DNA from: Vicugna vicugna
Lineage: Eukaryota
Length of the DNA: 64,000 nucleotides
NCBI GenBank assembly: GCA_013265495.1
Contig: MU061579.1
Span: 1,857,319 to 1,921,318, forward strand
Reading direction: 5' to 3'
Made by a program: the position numbers and the translations under genes. Every line of letters begins with the position of its first letter. Positions within the stretch are counted from its first letter, which is position 1. This document shows, piece after piece, positions 50,713-63,520 of this stretch. The notes under the pieces were generated by a model. That model was not told the origin of the DNA and made no database searches. It saw nothing but the letters and a program-made list of their open reading frames with translations.

Positions 50713-51769
50713 ATTCACATATTTCATATTGCATGTTAAATACCTGGAGACTCTATTAAGCATTTTGGACATTAAAAACGTTCATACTTAATAAACTCTT
50801 ATTTATCAAAATTACATTTTCTTATGCTATTGAGAATTCTTTGGGTGCCAGGCAATAGCTAGAAAATGCCAGCTCTCTTTTTTTGCTTCCTATTTTTGTT
50901 GTTTGCACAGGATTGTTTCAAACAATTTCCTTCACAATGTTTTTCACGTTATGGAAGGTTCCAATTGTTACTTTAAACTTAAAGAGAGTGAAGAAATTAA
51001 AATGTGACTAAAGGTAACATGATAGAACATAGTCTATAATAAATATTAGACATCGTGAATGACCAACTTATTATAAAACATATATTCTTCTTCAGTAAAG
51101 AAAAATACATACTTTACTACACTTACTTTGTTTAAAAAAGGTTCAACTAAAACTGATAATGTCAAGTTGTAAATTGAAGGTATTAATTGGGAAAGTTATT
51201 TTCTACTTAAAATATCAATATGTGGTCCAACATTTAAAATACGTGTCTATTTGCAAGGCAGGTTTTGATCATTTTTCAGAATTTCTACTTGAGACTGACT
51301 TGACTGATATCAGGGATTCATAGGGCACCTTACTTTTAAACTTTCCATTGTTTTCCTGCACTATCCGAATCTAATCTACAGCTATTCTTCTGAATGCTTT
51401 AGAATTATGGTTCTGTTTTACTTGAAAGATGTTAATTTAGAGTTGACAAATCATTTGAATTTTAAGGCATAAATTTGAGTCCCCAGTAAACTCTATAAGA
51501 AAATCACTGTTCTAACCACATAAAATGCTTTTAAGAAAGTCATTTTCCACGTGGAATAGCTTCTATTGTATGACTGGCACCAAATTAGGATTTCAGAATT
51601 CATAAATTGATAATATATGGCCTGAAATTGCAATGTAAGGGGGATGGCTTTTGCCAGGGTACAAAACACAGTTAGCTTGATGCCTGGTGAGTAGCATTTT
51701 AAATTCAAGCTGGAGAACATCTTTGATTTTTCCCGTATGAATATCTCCTCTTTCCCACAGTATGAACAA

Positions 51770-52150
51770 GACTCTGTAGAGTAGCTACACTCGGACCCAG
51801 GTGAAAGGAACTTTTTAGCCTAGCAAAGGTAATTTTTCCCAAGATGTAGTAGTATTCAGCAACTGTCATCTAGGGAAATGGTAGGGATAGCTAGTGACAA
51901 CTGCAGTGGCATCCAGTGGGGGTGGTCTCCAGCAGTAGTGACTTGGTCCACCTGGACATGCTCCCTGTGATAAAAGATGCTCATTTTTTTTCTTAACTCT
52001 GTGGAGCTGCTTTGATTCTTGCAAGATTTCCAAATCCAATTCTCTAGGCAGTTATTAATTTGTTAAGTCTCTGTTTCTCTTTCATCCCATTCTACTTAAG
52101 ATAACAATAGTCAGCTTCTGTTGCTTATATCAAGATTTCTAAATGATACA
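51770..52150 (+). mobile_element. Old ERVL LTR (LTR33/LTR67B-like)
   Basis: The 3' end 'ttctacttaagataacaatagtcagcttctgttgcttatatcaagatttctaaatgataca' is typical of these LTRs. The 5' boundary is uncertain. Confidence 0.55.
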
Positions 52151-52169
52151 ATATTAATGAAACATCAAA

Positions 52170-52365
52170 GTGCAGTGAAAGAAGATCAAGACTTGGAGTT
52201 ACCCAGATCATGCGTCTTGGTTGCACTATTTACTACCAATAAATATTAGATTACTTGACCTCTCTGTGTCTCATTCTCCTCATTTACAAAATTGGATTTA
52301 TATCTTTTAGACTGCAGGGTTGTTCTAGGGGTTGAAATAATGCTAGCATCTAACACAGTTTTTAG
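52170..52365 (+). mobile_element. MIR SINE
   Basis: 'gtgcagtgaaagaagatcaagacttggagtt...ttacttgacctctctgtgtctcattctcctcatttacaaaattgg'. Confidence 0.75.
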
Positions 52366-52987
52366 AAGTTTGCTAAAGGTAACCAAAAAGTGATATTCAA
52401 ACTCCTTTTGATCATTTCTGTTTGCATGTGACCCTTCAATCACTGGAGGAATTCACCCTGAACTTTATTCTGAACATTTATTTGACAACATACATTGTGG
52501 TGTAGAATCTAAAGTCTTCCTAAAGAAAAGTTAAATTATTTGTATTGCTTGTCTTTTTCACACTTGAAGATACCTTGAACTCTCCAAGTATGAATCAGAG
52601 CTTATGCTGGGTAAAAACATAATCAGCTTACTGTTGGAAGGCAACGTCTTTTATTCCATCCCTGGCTTTCACGAGGAGGAATTTCTTTTCCCTTAGCATT
52701 TCTCTCCCTACTTAATACCTGCTTTTCTGCCTTTTGCTTCCTATATGGAGCAAATGTCTCCTCACCCCCACCCCCATCCCCACAGTAAAAAGCTGCTCCA
52801 GCTCAGTCTTGCCTAGAACTGAGTGAGCAAGTCTCCCTAAATCTGACACTCATATAGGAAGCCAATCTATCGTTTATCCTAGTGATTTATCCATTTACCT
52901 AGCCTTGCCGGTAGCAAATGTAATGTTTAAGGCTCCTTACCACTCTCCTTTGTTTTATGTTATGTTATTTTTTTATTTTAAAAATAT

Positions 52988-53192
52988 CAAAATTGTAGAA
53001 TAGATAAACAAGATTACACTGTATAGCACAGGGAAATATACACAAAATGTTATGATAAATCACAGAGAAAAAAATGTGACAATGAGTGTGTATATGTCCA
53101 TGAATGACTGAAAAATTGTGCTGAACACTGGAATTTGACACAACACTGTAAAATGATTATGAATCAATAAAAAATGTTAAAAAAAAATAAAT
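52988..53192 (+). mobile_element. Young 5'-truncated LINE-1 3' end with poly(A) and TSD
   Basis: 'gaatagataaacaagattacactgtatagcacagggaaatatac...ctgaacactggaatttgacacaacactgtaaaatgattatgaatcaataaaaaatgttaaaaaaaaa'. TSD aaaaatat (52980-52987 / 53193-53200) sits at a TTTT/AA endonuclease site. Confidence 0.9.
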
Positions 53193-53708
53193 AAAAATAT
53201 GCTTTTCAGGAAAGTTTAATAATACAACAAATTCTTAAGTTAACATCAATTCTTAAAAGTTGCACCAAAATATAAATACAATATAAACTTATTTTCTAAA
53301 ATATAAGTGGCACTCATTCAAATAAACATAGTAAATAACTGGAAAGAAGTATACCAAAATATTAAAACAGATTATACTCCACAAAAAAAATTGCAGTGGC
53401 TTTCTCGGGTTTTCTCTACACTTTTCTGTATTTTCTAGAGTTTTGAGAGTAAGTATGTATTTGAAGAATCTTTACCATAAAACTTGCTTTTTTCTGTGTT
53501 AAGTGAAAAAAGTCAGATGTAAAACTGGCATACTGTATGAACCTAATTATACAGCAAAAGATTGGAAATACTAGTAAAGAATTATTATTAATGATTTTAA
53601 TTGTGTTTTAACTTTTCTATATTCACAGAAATAAATAGGGAAACTTTATTTTCTTTAATTGATTGATCTATTATCTCTTCTAATATAGAAAGGTGTTTAC
53701 AATATATT

Positions 53709-54322
53709 ATTTTTATTGAGGTATGGTTGATTTACATTATTGTAATAATTTCAAGTGTACAACATAGTGATTCAAAATTTTTATAGCTTATACTCCATTT
53801 AAAGTTATTGCGAAATATTAGCTATATTACATTTGCTGTATAATATATCCTTGTAGCTTATTTTATATATAGTACTTTCATACCTTTTAATCCCCTACCC
53901 CTGTGTTGCCCCTCTCCGTTCCCTCTCCCCACTGGTACCATTAGTTTATTCTCTATATCTATGAGTCTGTTTCTGTTTTGCTATATTCATTCATTTGCTT
54001 TATGTTTTAGATTCCACATATAAGTTACAACATACAGTATTTGTCTTTCTCTTATTTATTTCACTAAGCATAATAGCCTCCAGGTCTATCCATGTTGTTG
54101 CAAATGGCAAAATCTCATTCTTTTTTGTGGCTGAGTAATAATATTCCATTGTGTGTGTGTGTGTGTGTGTGTGTATGTTTCTGTCTCACATTTTATCTAT
54201 CCATCTGCTGATGAACACTTAGGTTGCTTCCTCATCTTGCCTATTATAAATAATTCTGCTATCAGCACTGGGGTATATGTATCTTTTTAAATTAGTGGTT
54301 TTGTGTTTTTTCAGATAGACAC
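53709..54322 (-). mobile_element. LINE-1 3'UTR, antisense (laurasiatherian/cetartiodactyl type)
   Basis: 'ttttattgaggtatggttgatttac...gtgtacaacatagtgattca...tagattccacatataag...ggtctatccatgttgttgcaaatggcaaaat...acttaggttgcttcc'. Confidence 0.92.
54151..54174. repeat. (GT)12 microsatellite within L1
   Basis: Read directly. Confidence 0.95.
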
Positions 54323-54714
54323 TCTTTTTTTTTTTTCCCCCTCAAACTGCTCAGAACCATGGTGGGAAAGAGAGAGACTATTTCTTAGGGGGTCCCTCAG
54401 GAGTCTAAAACCTCAAAAAGAGGCAAAAGAGTGTCTGATTTGCTTAAAGATTCAATTGTCCTAAACTGATCTACTCAAACCTGATGGACTATATTTAGAA
54501 GACTCCATAAACTCAGAGTTGCTTCTAAAGCAAAGAGTAAAGATGACTTTGACTGTGTACTTCTGAGGGGAGTGTGGCTGGCAGGTGATTCTTTGTGGAT
54601 AACTCCACAGTGAATTTATAGAAAATAAATTCTGCATTATTTATCAGGAATTGCACTTTTAATACTCCCAAACAATATGTCATGAGAAAATAACAAAATT
54701 AAAGGAACTGAACT

Positions 54715-54880
54715 TTTCGAGTACCTAGCATGTGATAAGTCCTTAGCAAGAAAAGTGCCATTTGAGAGATGAGGAAACTGGGCCTCAGAAGAGTTAAATA
54801 AACTGTGCAAAGATAAATATCAAGGAATCAGTGGAATGAGGATTAAAGCATAAGGTTTTTGCTCCAAAATGTGTTCTCTT
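54715..54880 (-). mobile_element. MIR SINE fragment
   Basis: 'ccatttgagagatgaggaaactgggcctcagaagagttaaataaactgtgcaaag'. Confidence 0.75.
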
Positions 54881-57439
54881 TATGGCATATACATAAGTTT
54901 TGTAACCCTGATAATGTTCATCCTAATTGGAAAGATAAGATTTAGAGTTTCAGATGCATATGCATAATTGTCCATCTTTCCCACTTCCTAAGAAGAATGA
55001 TTTTTTTAATGTGTATCAAAATAGTTCAGACTCAAGGAGCTTAAGTTATAGAAAAAAAAATGAATAAGGCTAGTTAGGGATTAGATAAAAAAATAAGAAA
55101 AATTATATACAAATGTATAAATATAGACACATATATGTGTGTACACATATATATATATACATATATTTTTTTTTACATTCCCCTCTCAATAGACAGAACT
55201 TCCATTAACTTGAGTAGGCAGCTGCTTGAATTGTACCCATTATCTGTATAAATATATAATGTCCCAAGTGTGCAATTATGTTATTTCACAGTGAAAAATG
55301 ACTTGGTTTTAAAATCTGTGTGCTGGGAACCTGCCTGAGTCTGAAATATTTGCATTTGAAAGGATAGAGACTCTTCACAGAAATTGTCAGTAGCTTGATG
55401 CATCCTATTAGTACACATTTTATACCAAAGAGAGAGCATTATGGCTGGGGATTCTCTCTTTTCCCAGCCAGAGTGATACACTTTTCCTATCACAGTTTGT
55501 TGAGTCTGGGGTTAGTTGGTTCATTGTCCATTCCTTCAATGCAGAACACTCTTTCTGTGCACATTTGGGCTTGTAATATGTAAGTCTATATTTGAAACAT
55601 AATATGGGCAGTCCATTTGCTATTCAATCAATACTATCAGTCACAGAGCTAAATATACATGTTTATTATTTCATCACAACTGCATTACTGTCATTAAAAA
55701 CCTTTCACAATCTTTTTTGTGAGTGCTTGACTAGACACAAAATGATCAAATATTTCTTAGGAAGTTAAAAATCTAAATAAAATTGCAAATCTTGTAAATG
55801 CAATGTATTACTCTGTATATAAGAGAAATGATCTGTTCAATTTTAAATTTAACACGTTTTATATAATCTTATCGTTAATATTTTCCATTGGAAAATGCAT
55901 CTTGAATGAAAAGGATAACCCATTAATGAAAGAATTACTATTCCCTCAACACCTACTGAATTCTGCTAAGCAAAACTAAGTCATTTATTCACATTATTAT
56001 GCTAACTATTATACCCTAAGGCAAATTCTAAAAATGTTGGAAAGATAGGACACCTTTACATATGAAAATTAACTAATAGTATAAGGCACTGTATGGTAAA
56101 CATGTTTTTAAGTGGTAGTTGAAGTGAACTAAGGGAATTCTGAGAAATAATTGATCACAGCAGATTAAACTGAACATGGAATATTGCATACAGGAGTTAA
56201 ATCAGTCCTTGAACATGTGAAGAGGAAAGTAATGCGAAATCCCCAGACCCTAGAGAGAAGGCTCATGTTTATGCTGCAAAATAGACCTGAGGACGTTAAC
56301 AAATGAAACATGCCTCGCAGAACAAAGGAAGCTGGTTTCAAGAAGTAAAGAATTTGAAGTTGGGTTGCACCTTGGCTTCTAGCATTCTCTGTGCTATGTC
56401 ATACATCTGAATGGGATAAAAAAAGAAAAAACAGTGTGAGTGTGGACTCATTCTCAGACGTCAGGAGGGAATTATATGCACACAGCCAAACAGCTACAAG
56501 AGAAGGGAGCTTAAGAAAATGGAAAGCAAAGGTACCACTGCCAGTATGGAAGTTCCATCTGGCAAGGGGTTCAAGTAGTATTTTTTAGGGTGAAAGAAGT
56601 TGGGGTTCCATAAAATTGTTATTCTTTTGAGTTTGTGGGATCGTCAGGCATTCACCAAATATTTATAAACAATATACTACATATTTGGTATTCTGCAAGA
56701 TAGTGAGAAAATAAAGATAAGTGGAATATAGTACTGCTTTCTAGGAGGTGTAAATTCCAACAGGAGATGACAGATTGGATGGCTGGGTAGATAAACAGAC
56801 AGATAGACAGGAAAAGTAGCAGCCTAATGGGTAGAATAATAGAATAGGGGAAGGTGCTTTTAAAGGAGTGAGTGCCTTACTCTGCTAGAGAAATACGGAT
56901 GGCACTTGAATAGATTCAAAGTATCTGAAGTATGAGTCCCTAAAGCCAATTCGTAGTCCAACTAGGTTGTCTCTTATTACCTGCACTTTGGACGACTGCT
57001 GCACAAAACACCTGTGCTGACCACCTTGGCCATCTTATACTTTGCCGTGATGGTCAGGCTCTCAGTTTTTGACACTCCAAAATGTAAATACAACTTCTTC
57101 CCCTTAATTCTCTTAGGCAGAGATAATACAGGACCACATTCATTTTCTTCTTTCTCAAAGCCTTGAAAGCAGTAGGGGGAAATATAATATAGTAAAGAAA
57201 AACATAGAGTTGGCACGATCAGACTTTGCTTTTAGAGCCCAGTGAATATGCTTCCTACTGGATATATTTCTCCTTAGCTCCAACAGACATCTATATGGCA
57301 AAAATGCCTCATTTTTCCAGGCAGAAATTAACTTTTCTTTCTCTAGCTTTACTGCTACCAAGCTATTTGTCTTTATTGCTAGCCAGTGAGAGTTAACGTG
57401 AGTTGACAATAATATATTACTCCCTTCAGACTATAATCT

Positions 57440-57672
57440 GGGCTAACGTGCTGAAGCCAGATTTCCTGTGTTTCCATTCTGTCTCTGCCATTTACAAGCT
57501 GGGTGATGTTTGGGGAATACTTAACCTCCCTATGCCTCAGTTTTATGAGTAAAATGAAGTTAATAATAGTATTTTTCTCATAGGGTGGCTATGAGAATTA
57601 AGTGATTATAATGTTAATTATAAATTCCCTAGCCGATAATGTTCAATAGATGTTTAAAATATCATTACTATT
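57440..57672 (+). mobile_element. MIR SINE
   Basis: 'ctgaagccagatttcctgtgtttccattctgtctctgccatttacaagctgggtgat...acttaacctccctatgcctcagtttt...catagggtggctatgagaattaagtga'. Confidence 0.85.
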
Positions 57673-58329
57673 ACTCAAAATTATCCAATGCATATTCACT
57701 AAGATATCTTTCCTGGATCAACTCTTTAAAAACAATGGTTTAGAACCTATTTACAATTGTTTAACTAAAGGATCTGCTCTAGAATAATGGGTTTCTGCCT
57801 CAAATGTATGCAGTAACTTAACTCCAGTAGCTTAAAAAGCTGATAAATTACAAGCAACCAGACATTTGCAATTTGGTCTTTGTTTTGATTTTAATGTGAA
57901 GGACTCTTCATCAGGCTCTCCTCTACATTAGAAAAGTGAAACAAGGCTATGATCTGAGAACATGCAGAAGACCATAATGTTGTAGTCTGTGATGAATATG
58001 AAGACACTTTTATAAAGTAAAAATGTTCTCAGAACCTCACAAGTTAAAACTTCATACTCTCAGAATTTGAATGTAAAATGCATAATAACAACACACTACT
58101 TTGCAAAGCTTTTAAAGACTCTGTATTTTATTAATTACAACTATGCATACGAAGTCGGATTTCCTCTGCCTCAGAAACCAAAATGTCAAGGGACGCCCAG
58201 CCAGAAAGTAATAAAGCTGGGCAAGCACGTTCACTGTTGATTGTTGTCTCCTGTTTCAAATGTGTCCTCAGCCCCACCAAGGACCCCTATTTGAAACTGA
58301 AAAATAGCTCACTCTGCCACCTGTCTCAC

Positions 58330-58690
58330 AATCATTCACTCTCAACTATGCTCAGACCTCCAGCTCTCCATGGCTTCTCCTTCCACTCGCTCTTTCTGAC
58401 CTCAAATCCTAATTTCTGGAGAAAATAGAAGCCATCAAACAGAAAATATCTCATTTTGCTGATATGAAAAAATATAAACCTATGTAGATCTACACCCATT
58501 TATCTTCCACCTGCATAGTTACAAGTAGACATATATATATTCGTTTTAAGGACAGTGTCTCCAACTATGTTTCGGAGGCCATCCTAGTCTCAATTTTCTA
58601 ATATTACAATATTTGGCAACATAGATAAATAGAATTTTTCTTTCTCCCCTTTGTATAAAAGTCTCACTCAACTGAGGCTTTCCTATGGCT
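58330..58690 (+). mobile_element. L2 ORF2 fragment (first piece of a split L2)
   Basis: 'ctcactcaactatgctcagacctcc...ctaatttctggagaaaatagaagccatcaaacagaaa' resembles internal L2 sequence. Confidence 0.5.
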
Positions 58691-58695
58691 TTTCT

Positions 58696-59205
58696 CTTTT
58701 TTTTTTTAAATTGAGGTATAATTGACATATAACAATATACTAGTTTCTGGTGTACAACATAATAATTTGATATTTGTATATATTGCAAAATAATCACCAT
58801 AAGTGAAGTTAATGTTCATCACTACACACAGTTACAAATATTTTTCTTTGTGATGAGAATTTTGAAGATCTACTCTTAGTAAATTTTAGATATAAAATAT
58901 AGTATTACTAACTATAGTCACAAAGCTGAACATTACTTCCCCAGGACTCACTGATTTTATGATTGGAAGTTTGTACTCTTTGATCACCTTCACCCATTTC
59001 CCCCAACCCTCATTCCTCCACCTCTGGGAACCACTGATCTGTTCTTTGTATTTAGAAGTTAGTTGTTGTTTCTTTATTTTAGGTTCCACATATGAGTGTG
59101 ATCAGAGTATTTGTCTTTTTCTGTCTGACTAATTTTACTTAGAATAATGCCCTCAAGATCCATCCATGTTGTCACGAACGACAAGATTTTCTTCTTTTTT
59201 TATGA
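58696..59205 (-). mobile_element. LINE-1 3'UTR, antisense (L1MA9-like)
   Basis: Poly-T then 'aaattgaggtataattgacatataac...ggtgtacaacataat...tgtgatgagaattttgaagatctactcttag...ttggaagtttgtac...ctcaagatccatccatgttgtcac'. Confidence 0.9.
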
Positions 59206-59435
59206 CAGTAATCTCCTACAGCTTTTCAATGTGGTCAAGTGTCTCCTAGCATAAAAAAAAAAATCCCTTCAAACCCCAGCTCAAGCTACTTCTTTCTCTT
59301 TCTTCCCTTCCTCAGGCAGTTTTGTTAATATTTATTTTATTCATTTCTACATTCTCCATTCATTCTTCAAGCCACTTTAATATGGCTTTTTTCCTTTCAT
59401 TTAAAATACAATACTGCTAAATTTGTCTAAAGACT
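59206..59435 (+). mobile_element. L2 ORF2 fragment (second piece)
   Basis: 'ttcttcccttcctcaggcag...cattcattcttcaagccactttaatatggcttttttcc...atactgctaaatttgtctaaagac' corresponds to the L2 RT region before LLDLSAAFD. Confidence 0.55.
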
Positions 59436-62400
59436 TTTCTTTAAGTCTTTAGAGGAGGAGTTATCCATAATTTAAATATTTTGTATAACTTCCTCCTAAA
59501 ATCATTTGGCATTGGTGCTATTTACCGAGTAGATTCAAAACTTTTTTGTTTGTTTTTGGTTTTTATTTGGGGGGGAGAGGTAATTAGGCTTATTTATTTA
59601 TTTATTTTTAGAGGAGGTACTGGGGATTGAACCCAGGAACTCATGGATGCTAAGCATGCGCTCCACCGCTTGAGCTATACCCTCCCCAACAAAACTTTAA
59701 AATGATTACTGAATGATTAATTTTTTTGTGTCTTCTTGAATGAATGTTGGCAGGCAAGTATCTTTATCCGTCCTTTTGTTTTCTTTGGGTTCATTTTCCT
59801 ATTTTTCTTTAAGTTTTAAGATGAACGCTTACCTCATTGATTTTTAGCCTTTCTTTTTTTCATAAACAAGCATTTAGCTCAATTTGAATATAGAATACTT
59901 TCATTATTTTTTCATTCATATTTAAACATGTTGTATTTTCTTCTTTGACTATTATTTAGAAGTACAATATCTAATTTACAAATATATTTTAAATTATCTT
60001 TTCATTATATTTATTTTTAATTTGATAGCACCATAGTAATTTTATATAATTTGCTTGTTATCAATTATTTGGAGTTTGATTAGATTTGCACTACAGTTTA
60101 TTTCAAAGTCAATTTTATGTATATCTTTTGTGTGCTTGAAAAAAATGATTTGGTCTTTAATTTTGGGATTTGGAGTTCAATGTACATTCATGAGAACAAG
60201 CTTATTAACTCTATTGTTCAAATCTTCCATATCTTTACTAAGTTTAGGTTTTGGATCTCATAATAGCAAGGTGAATGACATCTCCCTGCATGACAGTAGA
60301 TTTATGATGTTCCACCCGCCATCTGATAATTTTTTTTCTTTATAGTACATCTTTGGTTATGTTACTATGTGCAAAAAAGTGTAAAACTTCTCTATATTCC
60401 TCATATTAACTGAAAGCTTTTATCCTAAATAATGATTTTTGTTCTAAGGTCTATTTTGTCTGATATTGTAAGAACTTTAATAGTTTTATCTTAGTTGGTA
60501 TTTCTATGCTTTTTATTTCAACCTCCCTTGGTCTTTATGCTTTGTATGAATCTCTTATGAATTACATATAGATTAATTTTTTTAAAATAAAATCTGATAA
60601 TCCCTACCAGTGTTTTTCAACACATTCTATGCTTTTTAGTACTACTAATTTATATTTTTCTCAAATTGATAGTTAATCTTAATATTTTAAATTGATATTT
60701 TTCCATTTATCTCACATGCATTTTGATATCGAATGATTTAATTGTATATTTTAATGGTTAGATTTAAATTTAATACACTAAATAAATCATAAAGGAAGAG
60801 AATATATGTCTCCCCCAAACAAACAAAATTTTAGTATGTTTTAACTATGATCACAAAGTACCCAACACAGCTAAACATGTATTCTTTGTCAAATATTTCA
60901 GTTCTATATTAGTGGAAGTTTCCTTTATTTTGACTTATTTAACAATTATAAAATGTTAACCATGTTCATAGTATGACATGAAATACCTTAGAACTATTAT
61001 CTTTTTAATCCTCAAAATAATTTTATGAGAATATTATCCCTTTGTTTCAACATTTCTGTTTTAGTTTTTATTTCTGCATGTTTACCATTTTATTTTGTTT
61101 ATCATATATTTCTAGATTGAAGTCTTTTTTCTGTATTCAATTTATTTGTTCCTGAAATACATCATTTAGAAGTTCTTCTAGTGAGAATACATTACTGATA
61201 AATTTTCTACAACTTATCTAAAAAAATGACTATATCCTACGCTTGTTTGTAAATGATGGTTTCCCTACCTAAAAAATCATAATTTGAAGCTTATTTAAAT
61301 TAACTCTTTTTTTCTACTTTCTATACAATTTTCTAAATTCATTTGGTGCTCAAAAGAATTCTGCTGTTGGTGTCATTGCTTTTTCTTTATGCATAATTTT
61401 TGTTTCACTTTGGATGCTTTTAAGGTCTTCTCTTTATCTTTGAAAATTTAAAACTTTACCAATATTTGTTTAAATGTGGATTGTTTGTTTATCAAGTTTA
61501 TTTTACTGTGTTTCCTAAATCTGAGCATTTCTTTCATATTCTAGAAAAGTCTAATAAATTATCCCTTTAAATATTGCTTATCCAAAATCTTCTGAGTTTC
61601 TTCCTTTGGGATTCCAATTAAATATATCAATCTTTCCTTTATCTACCATCTATATAACTACTGTTCTTTCATTCTCTTTTTCTTCATGCATTTCATTATT
61701 TATCAGTTTCAGACAAGCCATTCTCTCGAGCTAGTTACAATATAATTTTGACCCTTTCCTTGAGTTTTTAATTGAATTATTTCTATTTTGTGTTTTATAA
61801 GGTTTATTTTGTTCTTTTCTAAACTTGCCTGTTTACTCTTGCTTTTCTATTGTTCCTTTCTCACATTAATAATGTCCTCTTTCACTTCCTTAAACATTAT
61901 ATATATAATTATTTTATAGTCTCTACCTAACCATTCCAATATCTTTTGTCTTTGAGGGTTTAAAATTGCTGTTTATTGTTTTGCTCTATTTCACGGTGGC
62001 CTGTGTCCTCATGCGTGATGTGCTCTTTGGAATTACGAGCTAGTATTTGAGTAAGCGTAATATGTAAGAATTCTGAGAGACTTATTCAAGTTGTTTCTTT
62101 CCAAAAAGGATTGGCACTGATGCTGTGTATTGTCCCAAAGTGCTTGTGATCATATTAAGTAGAACTTCTTGGCCAGAAGTTTTGCAGACTCCAAAAGAAA
62201 TATTCAAACTCCTGATATAAATGAGAGCAGAACTCTGGTTATTGATTCTCAGTACAGAGTTTATTTTTCCAACAAGATCAGAGAGTAACAGGGCAAATAC
62301 CTTGTTGTCTCTCTTTTCTGGAGAGCAGGATTTTTGTTTGTTTTGTCTTCACTGGTGTAGTCACTTGAAAGTCTGGCCTTTATTACAGGATCTCAGTTCC

Positions 62401-62740
62401 AACTCTCCACTTTGCATATATCCAAAGCCTTATCTTCTATAACCAGCCTTGCTATTAAAGTCCAAAGTTTTAAGTTCAAAGAAAAGAAATCTTCTCACAA
62501 ACTTCATCATTAATTCAGGTTCACCTTGAAGGTTTTAAGCTTCTCAAGTCCCTCCGAAATGTGGCTCCTGGCAGTTGTCTTACTTCCTTCTGGACTTAGT
62601 TACGTCTTATTGTACTTATATAGTAGTATTAAGATTTATTTTAGTGTATGTGTTGTGTGTGCATGTGTGTTTAATAGTCATTTAACTTCAACAAAAATAG
62701 CTCAAATCAACAATAATCTCCATGTCTTTATAACTAGGGC
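59436..62740 (-). mobile_element. Ancient LINE-1 (L1ME-like) antisense, ORF2 5' part, ORF1 and 5' region
   Basis: Strongly T-rich, with antisense L1 landmarks: 'ttgttcaaatcttccatatctttacta', 'tctattttgtctgatatt', 'tgcttttaaggtcttctctttatctttg', 'ttgagttttttaattg'. Confidence 0.75.
59545..59687 (-). mobile_element. tRNA(Ala)-derived camelid SINE (Vic-1-like)
   Basis: The minus strand reads ggggagggtatagctcaagcggtggagcgcatgcttagcatccatgagttcctgggttcaatccccagtacctcc plus (aaat)n and aagcctaattacctctcccc. Probable TSD core caaaacttt (59536-59544 / 59690-59698). Confidence 0.92.
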
Positions 62741-62744
62741 ATAG

Positions 62745-63390
62745 TAGATTAATTCTTCTACAATCCAACTTCCCTTTCAACAGCGCTGAATACTCTGTGG
62801 ACTTATAATCCTTATATGGCCTGCCTTCCAATATTCTGCCACACTCCTGTTTTCTCCTATCTTGCTGGGTTTTCCTTCTGACTCCTTCATATCACATGTT
62901 CCTTTAATAGACATTAAACAATAAAATTATCTAAGCTTTACCCCAGGTCCTCTCTTCTTCAACTATACTCTCTTTATGACAGTTTCTGCCACTTTTGCTA
63001 TGAATAATTACAAACAGAGATTGCTTTAAAGTATAAATCTGATTAGCTCACCCCCACTGCTTATACTTATTCAGTGATTTTTTGTAACACTATAAGAAGA
63101 AAGATAATTTTCATTAGCATGATCTACAAAGGTATCCAGAAAGAGCTCTCCCCACCTCCCTGCCTCTTCAGTGCCAAGCTTTCTCTTCTCCTTCCTGTCA
63201 CCACGAGCCTTCTTTACTTTGTATTTACTATGTTTACTTCTAACACAGGGCTTTCACGTAACATTTCCCTTTTGTACCATCTCTTTTCATCTAAATAATG
63301 CCTATCCATTTTTCAGAAAATACAAGCCAGTTATCTCAGAGCTGTTCTTACTAATTGCCTTGAATATCTCAAATTTATCTTTTATTTTCT
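62745..63390 (+). mobile_element. L2 ORF2/3' fragment (third piece)
   Basis: 'ccctttcaacagcgctgaatactctgtggac' (SAAFDTVDH-like) and 'ccaggtcctctcttcttcaactatactctct' (GPLLFSIYT-like). Confidence 0.6.
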
Positions 63391-63391
63391 C

Positions 63392-63520
63392 TCACTCATT
63401 CATTTAATACATATTATTAAGAAACTACTATGTGCCAGAAACTGGCCTATATGTACGAATATATTTAGCAGCAAATAAAATAGACTAACTCTCATTCCAT
63501 ATAGTTGGGAGAGGCAACAG
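63392..63520 (-). mobile_element. L2 3' end fragment
   Basis: 'cactcattcatttaatacatattattaagaaactactatgtgccagaaactgg'. Confidence 0.7.
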
